Source: Nemertoderma westbladi (taxonomy: Eukaryota; Animalia; Xenacoelomorpha). Taken from it: DNA of 64,000 nt. Below, one piece after another: positions 35,434 through 48,109 of the stretch (the stretch's first letter is position 1; each line of letters begins with the position of its first letter). Made by a program: the position numbers and the translations under genes. The DNA lies in NCBI GenBank assembly GCA_032718475.1, contig JAUCBJ010003138.1, forward strand, positions 1-64,000. The letters run 5' to 3'. The notes under the pieces are model-generated. The model was not told the DNA's origin, did no database searches, and saw only the letters and a program-made list of their open reading frames with translations.

Positions 35434-37046
35434 ACACTTAAAGCACCTGGGAATTTTATTAATTGTAACTCTATGCACATTATTTAATCTATGTTTATCT
35501 GCTGGGAAATTACCCTCGGCTTGGAAAAACAGCATAATTAAGTTGCTTTACAAGGGCAGAGGTGGGTTAACGGATCCATCCAACTACCGCGGCATTGCTC
35601 TCATATGTACTATGCTAAAAGTCTTAACATCAATCATAAACTCGAGGGTCCGCGAGTTTCTAAAAGAAAAAATACCTCCGGAACAGTTTGGTTTCTCTAA
35701 AGGAAGGTCAACTCGTCAGGCGGTTTCTAAACTACTCTCTGCAATCTCGGGTCGATCGGGTAACAAAATGTACGTACTTTTTGTAGACTTCACAAAGGCC
35801 TTTGACATGGTCAAGCGCTCTCTATTACTGATAAAGTTATATAACTTCGGAATAAAAGGTAAACTCTTCAATTTAATTAAGAACCTGCTCCAGAATTATA
35901 TTATCGTCTTCGATGGTCTACGTTTCTCTAGATTTATTCAGCAGCTGCGAGGTATACTCCAAGGTGACTGCTTCTCGCCAACATGTTTTATTTTATTCTT
36001 AGTAGACCTAGCCGATAGTCTCAGAGAAATTGGCAACGACCTATTGTTTATTTTTTACGCAGATGACCTTGTCATTTACTCTGAGAATCCTGAATTGATT
36101 AGAAGAGCACTTTATATAATTGGTGTATTAAAAATGGAATGATTGTTAACATGAAGAAATCTAAGATGGTCAAATTTCGAAAAGCTGGTCGCATAGCCAA
36201 CACAGACAAATTTTATTTTGGTAACTCATTGATAGAAATAGTTAATGAATACGAGTATCTGGGCTTGACTTTGCAGACCTCACTATCCTTTTCTCAACAT
36301 ATTGCGGAGAAGAAACTGAATATTTTCAAGATTATTGGGAGTCTAACTAAATTACACTTAATGTCAGTCCGGTCTGGCATGATTATATTTCACGGTAAAA
36401 TACTTCCCATTATGACATACTGTATACAAGAATTTGGTCCCTTTCTGAACTTGCGAAATTTAAAAGAAATCGACAAATGTAAAGTCGCTTTTATCAAACG
36501 GCTGCTCAGGATACATACGTCATCATCAGCGACTTTAGCATTAAACTTAGTGGGAGAATCTACATGTACCGACGACATTATCCGGAAATATCCCAACGCT
36601 TTTAACCCAGATGTATTTCAACAGTACAGACAATTTCGTGACGAGCGCCAACAGAACTTTATCGACGAAGGTTACACCAGGGGCCCAGCTTTACAGTCTT
36701 CCACGTGGCGTACAGCTGGACAGCGAAACCGACATGTAGTCACGAGGGCGACAGTCCACGGCTTCCATCACCGACTGTGTGGGACGGGGATAGGTTTCCA
36801 CGAACCTGCCGATTCCTGCATCTGCCGGTATTGCAGTCTGCCCTGCGCCGACCGATACCACGCTTTAGCATGTCAACTCTGCCCTTCACTATCCGAACTG
36901 GCCAAGATGTGACATATATTACTGGGATACGCTATTATAAATTACTTTTATTGAGTTATATTAATTTTTATTTATATTTTATCAATTAATTATTAAATAA
37001 AACTTTTACCCCGACACGGGGTGTAGCTATAAAAAAAAAAAAAAAA
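35434..37046 (+). mobile_element. 5'-truncated non-LTR retrotransposon (RT plus His/Cys-rich C-terminus) with poly(A) and TSD
   Basis: RT motifs NYRGIAL, QFGF, FVDFTKAFD, GILQGDCFSP, FYADD; one frameshift near 36120-36140; poly(A) 37031-37048; TSD AATACTTGTAA at 35423-35433 and 37047-37057. Confidence 0.92.
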
Positions 37047-37299
37047 AATACTTGTAAGATCACACTTATCTCTCCTCTCTTACTGTAGTTTAGTTCCCTT
37101 TGTTATTTGTAAAGGTAAAGTTTGATAAGTCTTTGTACTTACGTTAAATATACTGCAAACTCTTAGCCATGTAGTTTTATTTTCAATTCAATTCAACATC
37201 CGGTTTAGGCCCCGGCGGCTTTATTGATAAATTAATAGAGTTTATATGTGGCAAACGATAGTACAAACTGCCAATAAGCATAACACTAACCAAGATACA

Positions 37300-38190
37300 T
37301 AATACCATTATGTTTACATAAAATGGTCGGGCATATAAAATGGTCGGGCATATAAAATGGTCGGGCATATAAAATGGTCGGACAAAGGATGGTCAGATTT
37401 GATAGTACATAATACACTGAGATACATATCAATAACCGAGATACATAATATAAGCGCCTTGTATAAGATGATAAAGCATCGTTAACACGATGAACAGTAC
37501 GCATGTTGACATAAAATGATTGGGCATATAAATGGTCGGTTCTGATAGTACATAGTACACCGGGATACATATCAATAACCGAGATACATAATATAAGCGC
37601 CTTATATATAAGATGATAGAGCAGCATTGACACGATGAATAGTACACATGTTGACATAAAATGGACGGGCATATAAAATGGTCGGGCAAAGGATGGTATA
37701 ATACACCGAGATACATATCAATAACCGAGATACATAATATAAGCGCCTTATATATAAGATGATAGAGCAGCATTGACACGATGAATAGTACACATGTTGA
37801 CATAAAATGGACGGGCATATAAAATGGTCGGGCATATAAAATGGTCGGGCATATAAAATGGTCGGACAAAGGATGGTCAGATTTGATAGTACATAATACA
37901 CCGAGATACATATCAATAACCGAGATACATAATATAAGCGCCTTATATATAAGATGATAGAGCAGCATTGACACGATGAATAGTACGCATGTTGACATAA
38001 AATGATTGGGCATATAAATGGTCGGTTCTGATAGTACATAGTACACCGGGATACATATCAATAATCGAGATACATAATAAAAGCACCTTATATAAGATGA
38101 TAGAGCTGCATTAACACGATGAATAATACACCTATTGACATCAAATGGTCGGGCGTTTAAAGTGATCGGGTGTAAAATGGTCCGACCTTT
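37300..38190. repeat. Complex tandem repeat (units of roughly 180 bp containing 17-bp AAAATGGTCGGGCATAT subrepeats)
   Basis: Recurrent GATACATATCAATAACCGAGATACATAATATAAGCGCC blocks at ~37420, 37563, 37709, 37903, 38049. Confidence 0.9.
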
Positions 38191-38219
38191 CTAAGTGTTA
38201 TACACAAAATATGACACTT

Positions 38220-41200
38220 TTACTGAACATTGTAAAAATCTAGCACAACCTCTCGCTTTGCATCAAAGGACCCTCTATTGCATTTCAGCACGGATCTATT
38301 AAATAGATATTTAAACATCCGCCTTAGTGAGATATGGTCAAAATTTCTCAGGTGCTCTCTTGTCATGCATTTAATACCATATTGATGGACACTAATGCTA
38401 CTAAGTGAAGGAAAATTTAACTCCCAAGCAGCCTTTTGATATTCTGTGAACAGCTTCACGGATGTTTGACCTGTAAGGTGTTGTCCAAGCACATAATTAA
38501 AAAGATATAATATTTTTGGATTGCCGCAATTAAATATGCTGTAAATTAATCTGAGTTTCGAGCATTGTAGAATTGTTTTAATTGATGAGATATTGAATAA
38601 CTTGCACAGTGTTACCTTCGAGACATAGTTTCCCACTCTAGTAATCTGTCTTAAGGCTTTCATTAAGCTGCATGATATTATTTTACCCTCGTCCTCCGAC
38701 AGCATTGCGTTGCCATAAAGAATCGATTGCAGGCAAATGACATTCCAAATATTGCCAGTTATATCCAAGGGAACGCTGTTCACACAAAATCCTCGTTTTT
38801 CCATTCGGCTAACATTGGTCCAGATTCGACTCTTGAAGTGTTTAATAAGATTCCCTTTAGTGGGTGGTAAAGGTAGTCCTAGGTAACTACATGTTAGTTC
38901 AGAGGTAAGAGTTACTCCTTCTTCCTTTATTTCCAGCAGACTATTTGACTCCACATTTGAAATGTTGCGAGTCATGTAATGACATTTCTTCCAATTTATC
39001 ACCAAGTTGTGGCTATTGAAATAATTGCAACTCAATGCAGTTAAGGCCTCAAGATCTGACTTCAAATTGGCCAGCAGAATAATATCATCGCCATAACAGA
39101 TCCCACCAAATGATTGCTTACCTACATGTATACCATAACCTCTTAGTTCTATTTCTAGGAATAGTTTGGCCAGGTAGAAGTTAAATAAATAAGGGGATAG
39201 TACTCCTTCCTGACGAACACCCTTCTCCAGCAAGATTCGCTCTACATAAGTATATCCACTGCAACATAAAACAGCGTTGCCTTTACTATAGTAGGATTCT
39301 AATGAATGTAATAAGTTCAGTTCCACATTTTGATCATGTAACATCGAAAACAACTTCTTATGATTGATGCAATCAAACGCTGAGCTCAGATCAATTGACA
39401 GGATATGCATATCTGACTGCCCCTTGTGAAAATAGTCGATCAGACTGTTCACTGTTATATATGTCATTTCTGTGCCGCATTTAGATTTGTAGCCCAGCTG
39501 ATAATCAGTAGATGCAAGATTCAAATATGGTAGGATTATGTGCTCCCATAGTTTTGCTACCGTCGGAATAATTGTCACTGCACGATAGTTTTTGAGAACA
39601 GATTTATCTAGTGCCTTCCCTTTATACAGGGGCATCAGAAGACCAACACATAGATCGTCAGGGCATGATCCTGTTGCTATCATAGTGTTAAAAAGAAAGC
39701 TTAACTCACTTGCAATAACATCCCCAGGTCCATAATAAAAGTGTTCAGTTCTCAGACCAAAATAGTCGCTGCACTTTCCTCGGTTAAGTGCTTTTATTGA
39801 CCTTTTTACTTGATCTACGTTTATTCTATTGAGGTCATTATTAACAATGGCAGTATTTTGTCGCTTTTCTAATTTATCAGTGCCGGTGCTTACTTCCCGA
39901 AAGTGGTCCTTATAATGCGCAAATAGCCGATCAGCTACCTCTTCTGTGATATCTGTGGAATTCCTGTTTTCTTTGGTAAGTCTCCAGAATTTATGATCAT
40001 TTTCTCTACATGACTGTATGAGATCACGAATGTGTTCTTGGTAGCTAATACGCTCAACTTTAGCAACTTCTTCACTATATGCCAGCCATGAGACCTTATA
40101 TTGAATATAGAATTTGTCTGTACAGTCAGTTAATCGGCCATTGCTACACCATGTTTCTTTGGCTTTTTCAGCAGCCTCCTTTAGTTGTCCTAGTCTGCCT
40201 TTTGCCACCTGTCTGATCTTCCTCCTTCTTTTCCCTCTTTTGGATTGTCTGATGAATGTCATGGGTATATGTTTTTTGGCTGCCTGTAGTAGTTTAGCAG
40301 TGAGATCAGCCAAAGTGGTTTCGCAATCTTTCGGATCTGATGACCATATCCGCTCAGGTCTAAATGTTATATTTGACAAGCTTTTAGTTATTTCCTCTCT
40401 ATATTTATGTAACTGGTCTTGTGTAGCCCTATTGAAATGAGGAATTGTCATATTGAAGGGGGACTTCTGTATCTGATTTCTATGCTGCACCTTCTTCTCA
40501 AACTTAAAGAGACATTGTACTGGGGTATGGTCGGAAAGGTTACAGATATTGGTATTTAGCATGATACTATTCAACATATTGCTGTACAAGTCCTTGGAGA
40601 TAATCACATGGTCAATAAAGCTGCTTCTTAACACATTACCTTTCTTGTCTCTAAATCTGTAAGTGACTTCCGACCCAGAAGCTTTGTCAGACACGCTTGC
40701 TACTGTTAATTGAAAGGGGTTGATTATGTCATTTGTGAAAATCTCCCCAAAGTGGGATATCTTGTGGCACTGCGCATCGCTATTAAGTGGTCTCCCATTA
40801 ATATCACCTAATAATATTAGTTTCAGGTTGTCGTTATTCGCATCTTCTATCAGTTCTGATAGTATTGTGCACTCTTTGATATAGTTCTCACGGTCTGCTC
40901 GTTTTCCACAATTAGCTGGCATGTATGTGCCAAGGATTGCTACATTTGGGATCGCTGGATGATTGGTAATCTCTAGCTTAATAATCCGGTCTGAGTTTGC
41001 TATATCGCTTATTACTGTATATGGAATCAGGTCTCTCTTCACAAATACCGCTGTCCCTCCCATTCCCCGCACCTTGCATTTATTGTGCATCATATCATCA
41101 GCCACTGTATATTTGCAAGAATACTTATTGTTAATTCTATCATCGTATAAGTGAAATGCAGCCTCCCTGGGGCCTAGCCAGGTTTCCTGGAGAAAAAGTA

Positions 41201-41387
41201 TATCAAGTTCAGATTCCTCTAGAAGACTGTCTATGTACAACTTGTTATTTAAGTATCCCCTACAATTGAAGGTCATGAGTTTGAAGTTGGAATTTGTGAA
41301 GGGTCCCTCTGTAGATGGGTTACCTTTGGCATTTGAAAATGCTGCTGGCCACCCTTCAGGATAGTATTCCTGGATTCCATTGACCAT
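38220..41387 (-). CDS. LINE ORF2: apurinic-like endonuclease plus reverse transcriptase (1055 aa)
   Basis: APE motifs TFNCRG, FLQETW, LGDING, FIDHV, SDHTPV; RT motifs NYRAVT, QLGY, IDLSSAFD, GVRQEGVLSP, CYGDD. ATG at 41387 lies 1 nt after the ORF1 stop. Confidence 0.93.
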   Translation of the reverse strand: MVNGIQEYYPEGWPAAFSNAKGNPSTEGPFTNSNFKLMTFNCRGYLNNKLYIDSLLEESELDILFLQETWLGPREAAFHLYDDRINNKYSCKYTVADDMMHNKCKVRGMGGTAVFVKRDLIPYTVISDIANSDRIIKLEITNHPAIPNVAILGTYMPANCGKRADRENYIKECTILSELIEDANNDNLKLILLGDINGRPLNSDAQCHKISHFGEIFTNDIINPFQLTVASVSDKASGSEVTYRFRDKKGNVLRSSFIDHVIISKDLYSNMLNSIMLNTNICNLSDHTPVQCLFKFEKKVQHRNQIQKSPFNMTIPHFNRATQDQLHKYREEITKSLSNITFRPERIWSSDPKDCETTLADLTAKLLQAAKKHIPMTFIRQSKRGKRRRKIRQVAKGRLGQLKEAAEKAKETWCSNGRLTDCTDKFYIQYKVSWLAYSEEVAKVERISYQEHIRDLIQSCRENDHKFWRLTKENRNSTDITEEVADRLFAHYKDHFREVSTGTDKLEKRQNTAIVNNDLNRINVDQVKRSIKALNRGKCSDYFGLRTEHFYYGPGDVIASELSFLFNTMIATGSCPDDLCVGLLMPLYKGKALDKSVLKNYRAVTIIPTVAKLWEHIILPYLNLASTDYQLGYKSKCGTEMTYITVNSLIDYFHKGQSDMHILSIDLSSAFDCINHKKLFSMLHDQNVELNLLHSLESYYSKGNAVLCCSGYTYVERILLEKGVRQEGVLSPYLFNFYLAKLFLEIELRGYGIHVGKQSFGGICYGDDIILLANLKSDLEALTALSCNYFNSHNLVINWKKCHYMTRNISNVESNSLLEIKEEGVTLTSELTCSYLGLPLPPTKGNLIKHFKSRIWTNVSRMEKRGFCVNSVPLDITGNIWNVICLQSILYGNAMLSEDEGKIISCSLMKALRQITRVGNYVSKVTLCKLFNISSIKTILQCSKLRLIYSIFNCGNPKILYLFNYVLGQHLTGQTSVKLFTEYQKAAWELNFPSLSSISVHQYGIKCMTREHLRNFDHISLRRMFKYLFNRSVLKCNRGSFDAKREVVLDFYNVQ

Positions 41388-43787
41388 TTTAAAAGCGGCG
41401 CCGTTGCCGATAACCAGAAGAGTAGGTGTTAGGTTGAGAATGATACAGAGAAGTGTCACCCTTCGAGTTGTTGTATGGTCTAGCTGTTGTCCAGTGTTGA
41501 TATTCCTGAGGTTGTTCAGAGGCTGATGTATGGTTGATATTATGGTTTTGACGTTTCTGATACTGTGTCCTCCATTCATGATTTCTATTAACATAATTAT
41601 CACCTTGATTGTTGTACTGAGTTCTGAGTGGTGACCGCCCTTGATCTCTCCAATTTCTATGTTGTATATTATTTGTGTTACGTTCATTGTACATACTGAC
41701 TTTTGGGTTTTGTCCAGGCCACCAGGATGGATTCAAGTACAGCTCTACATCTGTGTCAAAAATAGTCACCCTTGCACTTTTGATCTGGCCACGCCGCCCT
41801 ATTATCCAGATATGTACAGGATTAGTTCCAGTTTGCTTGAAACAAAATTCTTCCAATGAGGCACGGCTGGTATTATATGGTAAACCCTCCACATAGATGG
41901 TTTTAGTTTCAGGGAATTTCTTATGATGTATATGATATCCGTTGTCGAATTTATTATAGTCATTCTGACTGACTGTGTGGCCAGATTTGGATTCAAGTAA
42001 CTGTTGAAGTAGTTTAGTTTGCTCTTTAAATAGCATAGTTATTTTTGATTCATTGTCAAGTTCAGAGAAATAATTATTAGTGGCTATAGAACATTTGTTT
42101 TTCTGGCATGCCATGACTGGGCTGGTTTTATGTGGTTTCTTCCAAATATTGGTAGATTCTATTACATCATTCAATGCTGACGGGTTATGAGTTGAGATTA
42201 TATCTTCTATATCTGAGAGAGTGGATACATTGCAGTCAGACTCCTCCACAGTTATAAAGTCATCAGAGCTCTCTGATATCAGAGGTGAATTAGGAATCTC
42301 ATTTGAAATGGTTAGCGCTTCCTTAATAAGTAAAGGAGTGTCATTAGGGTTGGATTGAGTTTTGGGCCCAGCATCAGCAGTTGCTTGAAACCTGGAATCA
42401 TCATGTGACACAGGTGAAGCTGGTGTTGTTTGCATCATACTGATTTCAGATTCGCTATTTGAAGGTGAGTGGGGCATGTTACTTTTAACATGTTTGGAGA
42501 CCTTAGTTCTCGTCCTTACTGCCTTTTTATTGCCTTTAGCAGACTTCGTTCCCTTATTTTTATGCTGAGGATTGAGTAATAATTCCTCATATGATTGTAG
42601 AGGTGTGTTATTAGTTAAGGAATTTTGGGCATTATTTGTTGATGTTGACGTTATTCTTTTTGTTACTTCTTCAAGGTTTAATAGTCTATTGAGAACCATA
42701 TCATGCTGTGCTTGTAGAGTTTTTAGGTCCACCTGCATTGCTGCTACCTTATCGATTAATTCTAATGCGCAGAATGTGTCAAGGGCCGTAATATTTACAC
42801 GTTTCCTAAAGCTAGGAGTCACTGATTTTGCTTCGAATTCCAAGGAGAACTCTGCCACATCTGTAGCTAATTCTTCGATGGAGCGACGATGGATGAGAGT
42901 AATCTTAGCACCTGTGGTTTCACCCAAGAAGGTTCTAACTTCATTGAAAAGTTGCCTTTGATAGGCTTGGAGCTTTACCATTCCAAGGGTAGATAGTTGC
43001 TTGATATAGTCATCTTTAGGATTGCGAATGATATTAGTATCCAGCACTGCTTTTAGAAATTCATCAGCTGTACACACACCTTGAAAATGGTTCTCTAGCT
43101 CATCATATCCCTGTGTATCAGTCATGGGATTGTTTGGAGTGACATCTATACAATGATGACAGGTCGGGAAATTCGCTGTACTGTTTATGTGAGGAAGTGA
43201 TGAAGTGCGCTTATGTTGCCTTTCTTTATAGTTGGTGTTGGCATTTTCTTTGCTATAATTTGCTTGTTGCTTTTGTTTATGAGATTTTTTAGGGTCTACA
43301 CTTTTTCTCCCTTTCTTATTATTTGCTATACATGGCTTGGGTGGTTCTAAGTCAATTTTCACATCTGTATATAGACATTGTTTAAACCAATGTCTCATCA
43401 ATGGGCTATTAGTATGCTCAGGCCGTATAGAGTCATGTCCCTGTGATAGGGCAAGTGCATATAAGCATATTAATGGACCACAGTCAAAGTCATTAGTCTG
43501 GCCAGGAAAAGGTCGAGTGATAATTTGCGGAGACCACAATTTATTTGATTTGTTTTGTGCACTATCAATTAGATTAAGGATATGACAAATGCGAGCTGGC
43601 ATCGTCGTATCAGGTCTTGAATTCAGTGAATCTAATGTGACTACAGACTTATCTGCCAAGGTTGCTACATGAAGTAGAAAATGATTATTGCGCGGGTTGT
43701 CACCAAGGTGACATTCACTAAAAAATATCAATGGCACAACCGCAATATCATGATAGCTTGTTATATATCTTGCAGTTGCTGCTGTAT

Positions 43788-44328
43788 TGTTAGCTTATCC
43801 AATTCCGCTAACACAAACCCATAGAGTGAGCCATAAAGCAATATTGGGAGCACGAGGTTGATTACCAATCAACCTCGTGTCAGCCCAGTAAACGGGGACA
43901 ATAGGCCCCAAAGGAGACACACACAATAGGGGTCAGGGGCCAAACCCCTAACCCAGAGAGTACAGGTGGAGTGAACGGGAACACTCCACGGGGCGCCAAC
44001 AAGGGTATCAACCAATCAGAGGGGGGCAAGGCATCGATTAGGTAGTAATTAGGCCAACCGTGCAATATAATCAGTAACCTATTAATCAGTAATTCAGTTA
44101 TCTCAGTGCAGTAGTACTAGCATAGGTTAGTTAGTTTAGATAGGGGAGCACGGGACTTTTAGTTACCGTATCCCGCCTTCCACATATCTATATCTATATC
44201 TTATACCCATCAGTTATTATACACCGAACATCAGAACTCATTCACTGTTTCGTTTGCTCTTTATACACGGCGGGGACGCGTAAACTAAAATACCGGATAA
44301 ATCGGGATCCCTCCTGGATCCCGTCACA
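43788..44328 (+). repeat. 5' LTR (541 bp)
   Basis: TGTTAGCTTATCC...CCCGTCACA; differs from the 3' LTR by a 12-bp indel and two substitutions that I spotted. Confidence 0.95.
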
Positions 44329-44388
44329 GTAACTAAAACCAACCGCTGCCCTAGCTAGCCAAACCATCAGCCACCAATCACCAGCAAG

Positions 44389-47300
44389 ATGAGTCGAGAG
44401 AAAGGAACGACACCGCCGCGGACCCCGGACGACGATCTAACGATCCGCGAGGCCGCGACGAGACGGTATGCACCCACAACGCCGAACCCATCGAGAACGG
44501 GCCATCTGGCGATCCGAGACGAGGGGGGCCGTCTACAGCGAGAGGACGAGACGGGAAGGAAGAAAGACGAGTCGACGCGGAGCGAGGGTCGACGTACCGA
44601 TGTCGCCGGCCAGCCACAGGCCGAGGGCGACGGACGACCCACGGAACGGCGACGGTGGGGCCGCCGGTACGACGTCGGGCCCGGAGAGACGGAGGAGAGG
44701 TCGGCGACGAGGACGTCGGGGTTTCTGATCGACTTCGACAGGCCTACCTCGCGACCCGGAAGCAACTGAGAGAGGCCAGAGGAAGGGCGAAGATAGACAA
44801 GGTGAGATTGACAAGAGGACTAGGTGAGTCGAGCAGATACTTTGATTACCTAATGCGTTTTGGGCAGAGAGAACTAGCCGAGGAGAGGGCGAGGGGAGTT
44901 GCCAACGAACTGATTGAAATATGGGAGTATAGGGGTATGGAACCTAGCGCAGTGTACGTAGGGCCATACTTAGTCGATGCCTGGGGAGTAAAATTAGTGG
45001 GTTGGAAGAGACCTGAGGAGGGCGAATCCGAGGTTAAACCCGAGGATTCGGTCTCGTCGGTAGGAGGAAGTTCCGGGAGGCGGGGGAAAGTTGGTGGGAC
45101 GGAGGGGCGACGGGAGTCTGTCGCAACCGATAAGTCTGCTACATCCTCCGCAAAAGAAAGAAGGGTGCGGGAGATAGGTCTGACGTGTGAATTAGAAACG
45201 GTGGCGAATGAGCAGAATGAGTTAGAGTGGCAATTGAGAGAGAAAACCGCATTGTTGGAGGGAGAAGAAGAGTGGGCGAGGGAGTGTAGAGAGGAAGCCG
45301 AGGGGTGTAGAGAGGGAGCCGAGGAGTGTAGAGAGGCAGCCGAGGAGTGTAGAGAACGGGAGATGGGAGTAGAGAGCGAGTCGGCGAGGCGGTTGGAGAT
45401 GACTGCGAGATGGTCAGAGTTGGAAGAACAGAATATGCGAGAGAGAGAGATAGAGAGTAAGCGCGTGCAGGATGATTTGCGTGCCCAGCTAGAGAGGCTT
45501 ACACAATATCAAGCCAAACTGAATCAGCGCCGACTAGAACTGGCGCGGTTGGAGATATCAGAGAGTGAGCCCCCACTCACAGGCACCGGGTGGGAGAACC
45601 AGAACTGGTGTAGCCGTACGGGCGGGGGGGGTAGTAGTAGTACATTAGAGACAGTTAATGTTAATAGTACCGTAGTAAATAACCCTAATCCCTTTATTAC
45701 AGGAAATAATATTTTACCGGGTAGTAGTAATTTAAATTTAAATACAAATACTCTAAATAATAATTTCAATTCAAACCCGAAAAATAATTCGAATAATAAT
45801 TTAAGTTTAGAGAATAGTAGTGATCTAAGTAATTTAAATAATTTAAATAATAATCCCGTTTCAAATTCTAATAATTTAATTGATTTAACAAATAATATTG
45901 GGAATGGTGCTATTAATATGAGCGTGTCGGACGTACATAACCCGGCAGACGGGGGCCTGGTGGGCCACGTACTTGGTAGGCAGGAGGTGGCAGGGTTGAG
46001 CCAACCCGACGGCGGCCTGGTAGGCCACGTAGTTGGTAGGCAGGAGGTAGCGGGGTTGAGCCAACCCGAAGTGGGCCTGGTGGGCCACGCAGTAGTAGAG
46101 AGAGAGGCGGGGGTGAATAGACCCAGCCGTAGTAGAGACAGTGCGTCGACTAAAGAGGGGTATAGAAGTGTAGTGAGAGATAGTGAAGTTAGATGTGGCG
46201 AGTGGGGGGGGCTGCCGGCGCCCCACCACATAAGATTAGTGGCGAGAGAGGGGGGGCAGAGAATGCCCCACAAGAGGGGTATAGAAGTGTAGTAAGAAAT
46301 AGTGAAGTTAGAAGTGGCGGGTGGGGGGGGGCTACGGGCACCCCACCGCGTGAGATTAGTAGCGAGGGAGGGGGGGCAGAGAGTGTCCCACAGGCGTCGG
46401 CGGATAATGCGCGGGCCGAATCAGGTAAACCGCAACACCCGGCGACGGAGAGTAATAGGGGGATTGCGAGTATCCCCAGCGGCGTGCGATCGAGCAGAGA
46501 GAGGCAGGTTGACGTCGCGAGAGGGCAGACGAAGCGTCGAGCCCGATCAGAAGAGAGAAGAAGAACAGTGGAGTTTAACCGGGAGGTCGACGAGAGATCT
46601 CACGAGCGGGAATACTGCACGAAAAGGGGAAGAAGAGAAGATAGTAGAAGAAGTGTCGCCACGAACGATAGCAGTGTGAGGACAGATAACGGACCGTCGA
46701 TAGTAGAGATGGAGTCAGGGAGCCAGTGGGGTCGAACTTCGGGAGATTGCCGTCGCCCCGGAGAAACGCACCGCACGCCAAGAGAGGGGTACAAGACGTA
46801 CCAATACAGAGTCGAGAACAGGAGAGGGGATCGAAGAGAAGCTTCCCGACGGGATATAGCTGCCGATCGAGAGTGCAGTAGTCGCGGGGAGATTCGAGAT
46901 TCGCGAAGAATAAACTTCGGTTCGGAAGGGCACATGCAGACTGCAGGACATACTGTAGGCCTTACTGCACATACTATTATAGGCCATGCTGGGAGAGATA
47001 GAGTAGGCGATGGGGTAGCGCGAACGACGGGATTAAACCCGGAAGTCGCGGAGTACATACCGGTAGGTAGGCGAGAGGTAGGTAGGCCTATATCGGTACA
47101 GCAGCATGACTATAATACACAGGGACATAACATATATCCAGGGGAGGGGGGAGTTATTGGAGATAGACGTATGGGCCCCAATGTATTAACATCAACCCCA
47201 GTACCAAACATACCGGCCGGGGGGGGGACAGGGTGACATTCCCCCATCACAATATCGACAATATACCCCGATAGGAGCAAGAATATCGAACTCCCTGGAC

Positions 47301-47933
47301 GAGAACAGGTCGTGCGGGCAGTCACTACCACACGCGGCTATACAGGGGACTGCTAGTCCACAGTTACCTGGTAGCAGGGCCACACCGTGGCGGGGACAGG
47401 AAGAAAATAACACCAAAAATAAACACAATCCCAATATACCCAGTAGGCCGAGTCTAGACAATCGAAACATTAAATCGGTACATATAAACCTAAGCGCGAT
47501 ACGTGAAGGACTATACAGGAAACGCTATAATCCAGGATTCCAATGTCAATTACATCGGGACGGAACCCATAAGACCAGGAGTTGCAAGTACTGGCAAGCG
47601 TTGCCCAAACGAGATCGTGTAGCCTACACAGATGCAAACGGACTATGTCATCGATGTGTGGTAAAAGGACACAGATCCGGAGAGTGTTGGAAAGGGAGAG
47701 GATATGAAAGGACTAAACCAGGGGCAGAGAAGCCCATTAGCAAACATAAGGGAGTCGGGAAAGTAGAAGGAGGCGTGTTGCATACACACGCAGGACGGAC
47801 ACAGTGCGAGGGGGCATTGCACGGGCAGACGCCATGTGTACCAAGGAACGAGCGGGGGTCGTCGAGGCCTTTAATGCCAGCGCACATACGAAGGGGGAGG
47901 CTAGCGGAGGTAGTGTCGAAGAGAGTGTGGTGA
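44389..47933 (+). pseudogene. Frameshifted gag-like ORF with C-terminal zinc knuckles
   Basis: Four overlapping open frames (44389-44769, 44655-46292, 46193-47236, ~47220-47933); two of the shifts coincide with G homopolymers. Confidence 0.65.
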
Positions 47934-48109
47934 AGAGTTAGAGGGCGTATAGGAGGGCAGCGGGAGAGTGCCTACCGGAAGAAGGGGCACCTGAGAGTTT
48001 TTAGTCGTCCAAAGTTTTGGACTGAGGGGGGTGGGAATGAGGGCGAGACGCCCTTCCCACGCACAAAATATAAAATAATTATTTAATTAAAAATAAGAAA
48101 ATAGTTAAA

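Noticed and set aside
35185-37200. Solo LTR as the host of the truncated LINE
   Set aside because: TATA-like and pyrimidine-rich tracts are suggestive, but I found no matching TG..CA ends with a TSD.
37183-38061. Hydrophobic Cys/Tyr-rich ORFs
   Set aside because: Artefacts of the complex tandem repeat.
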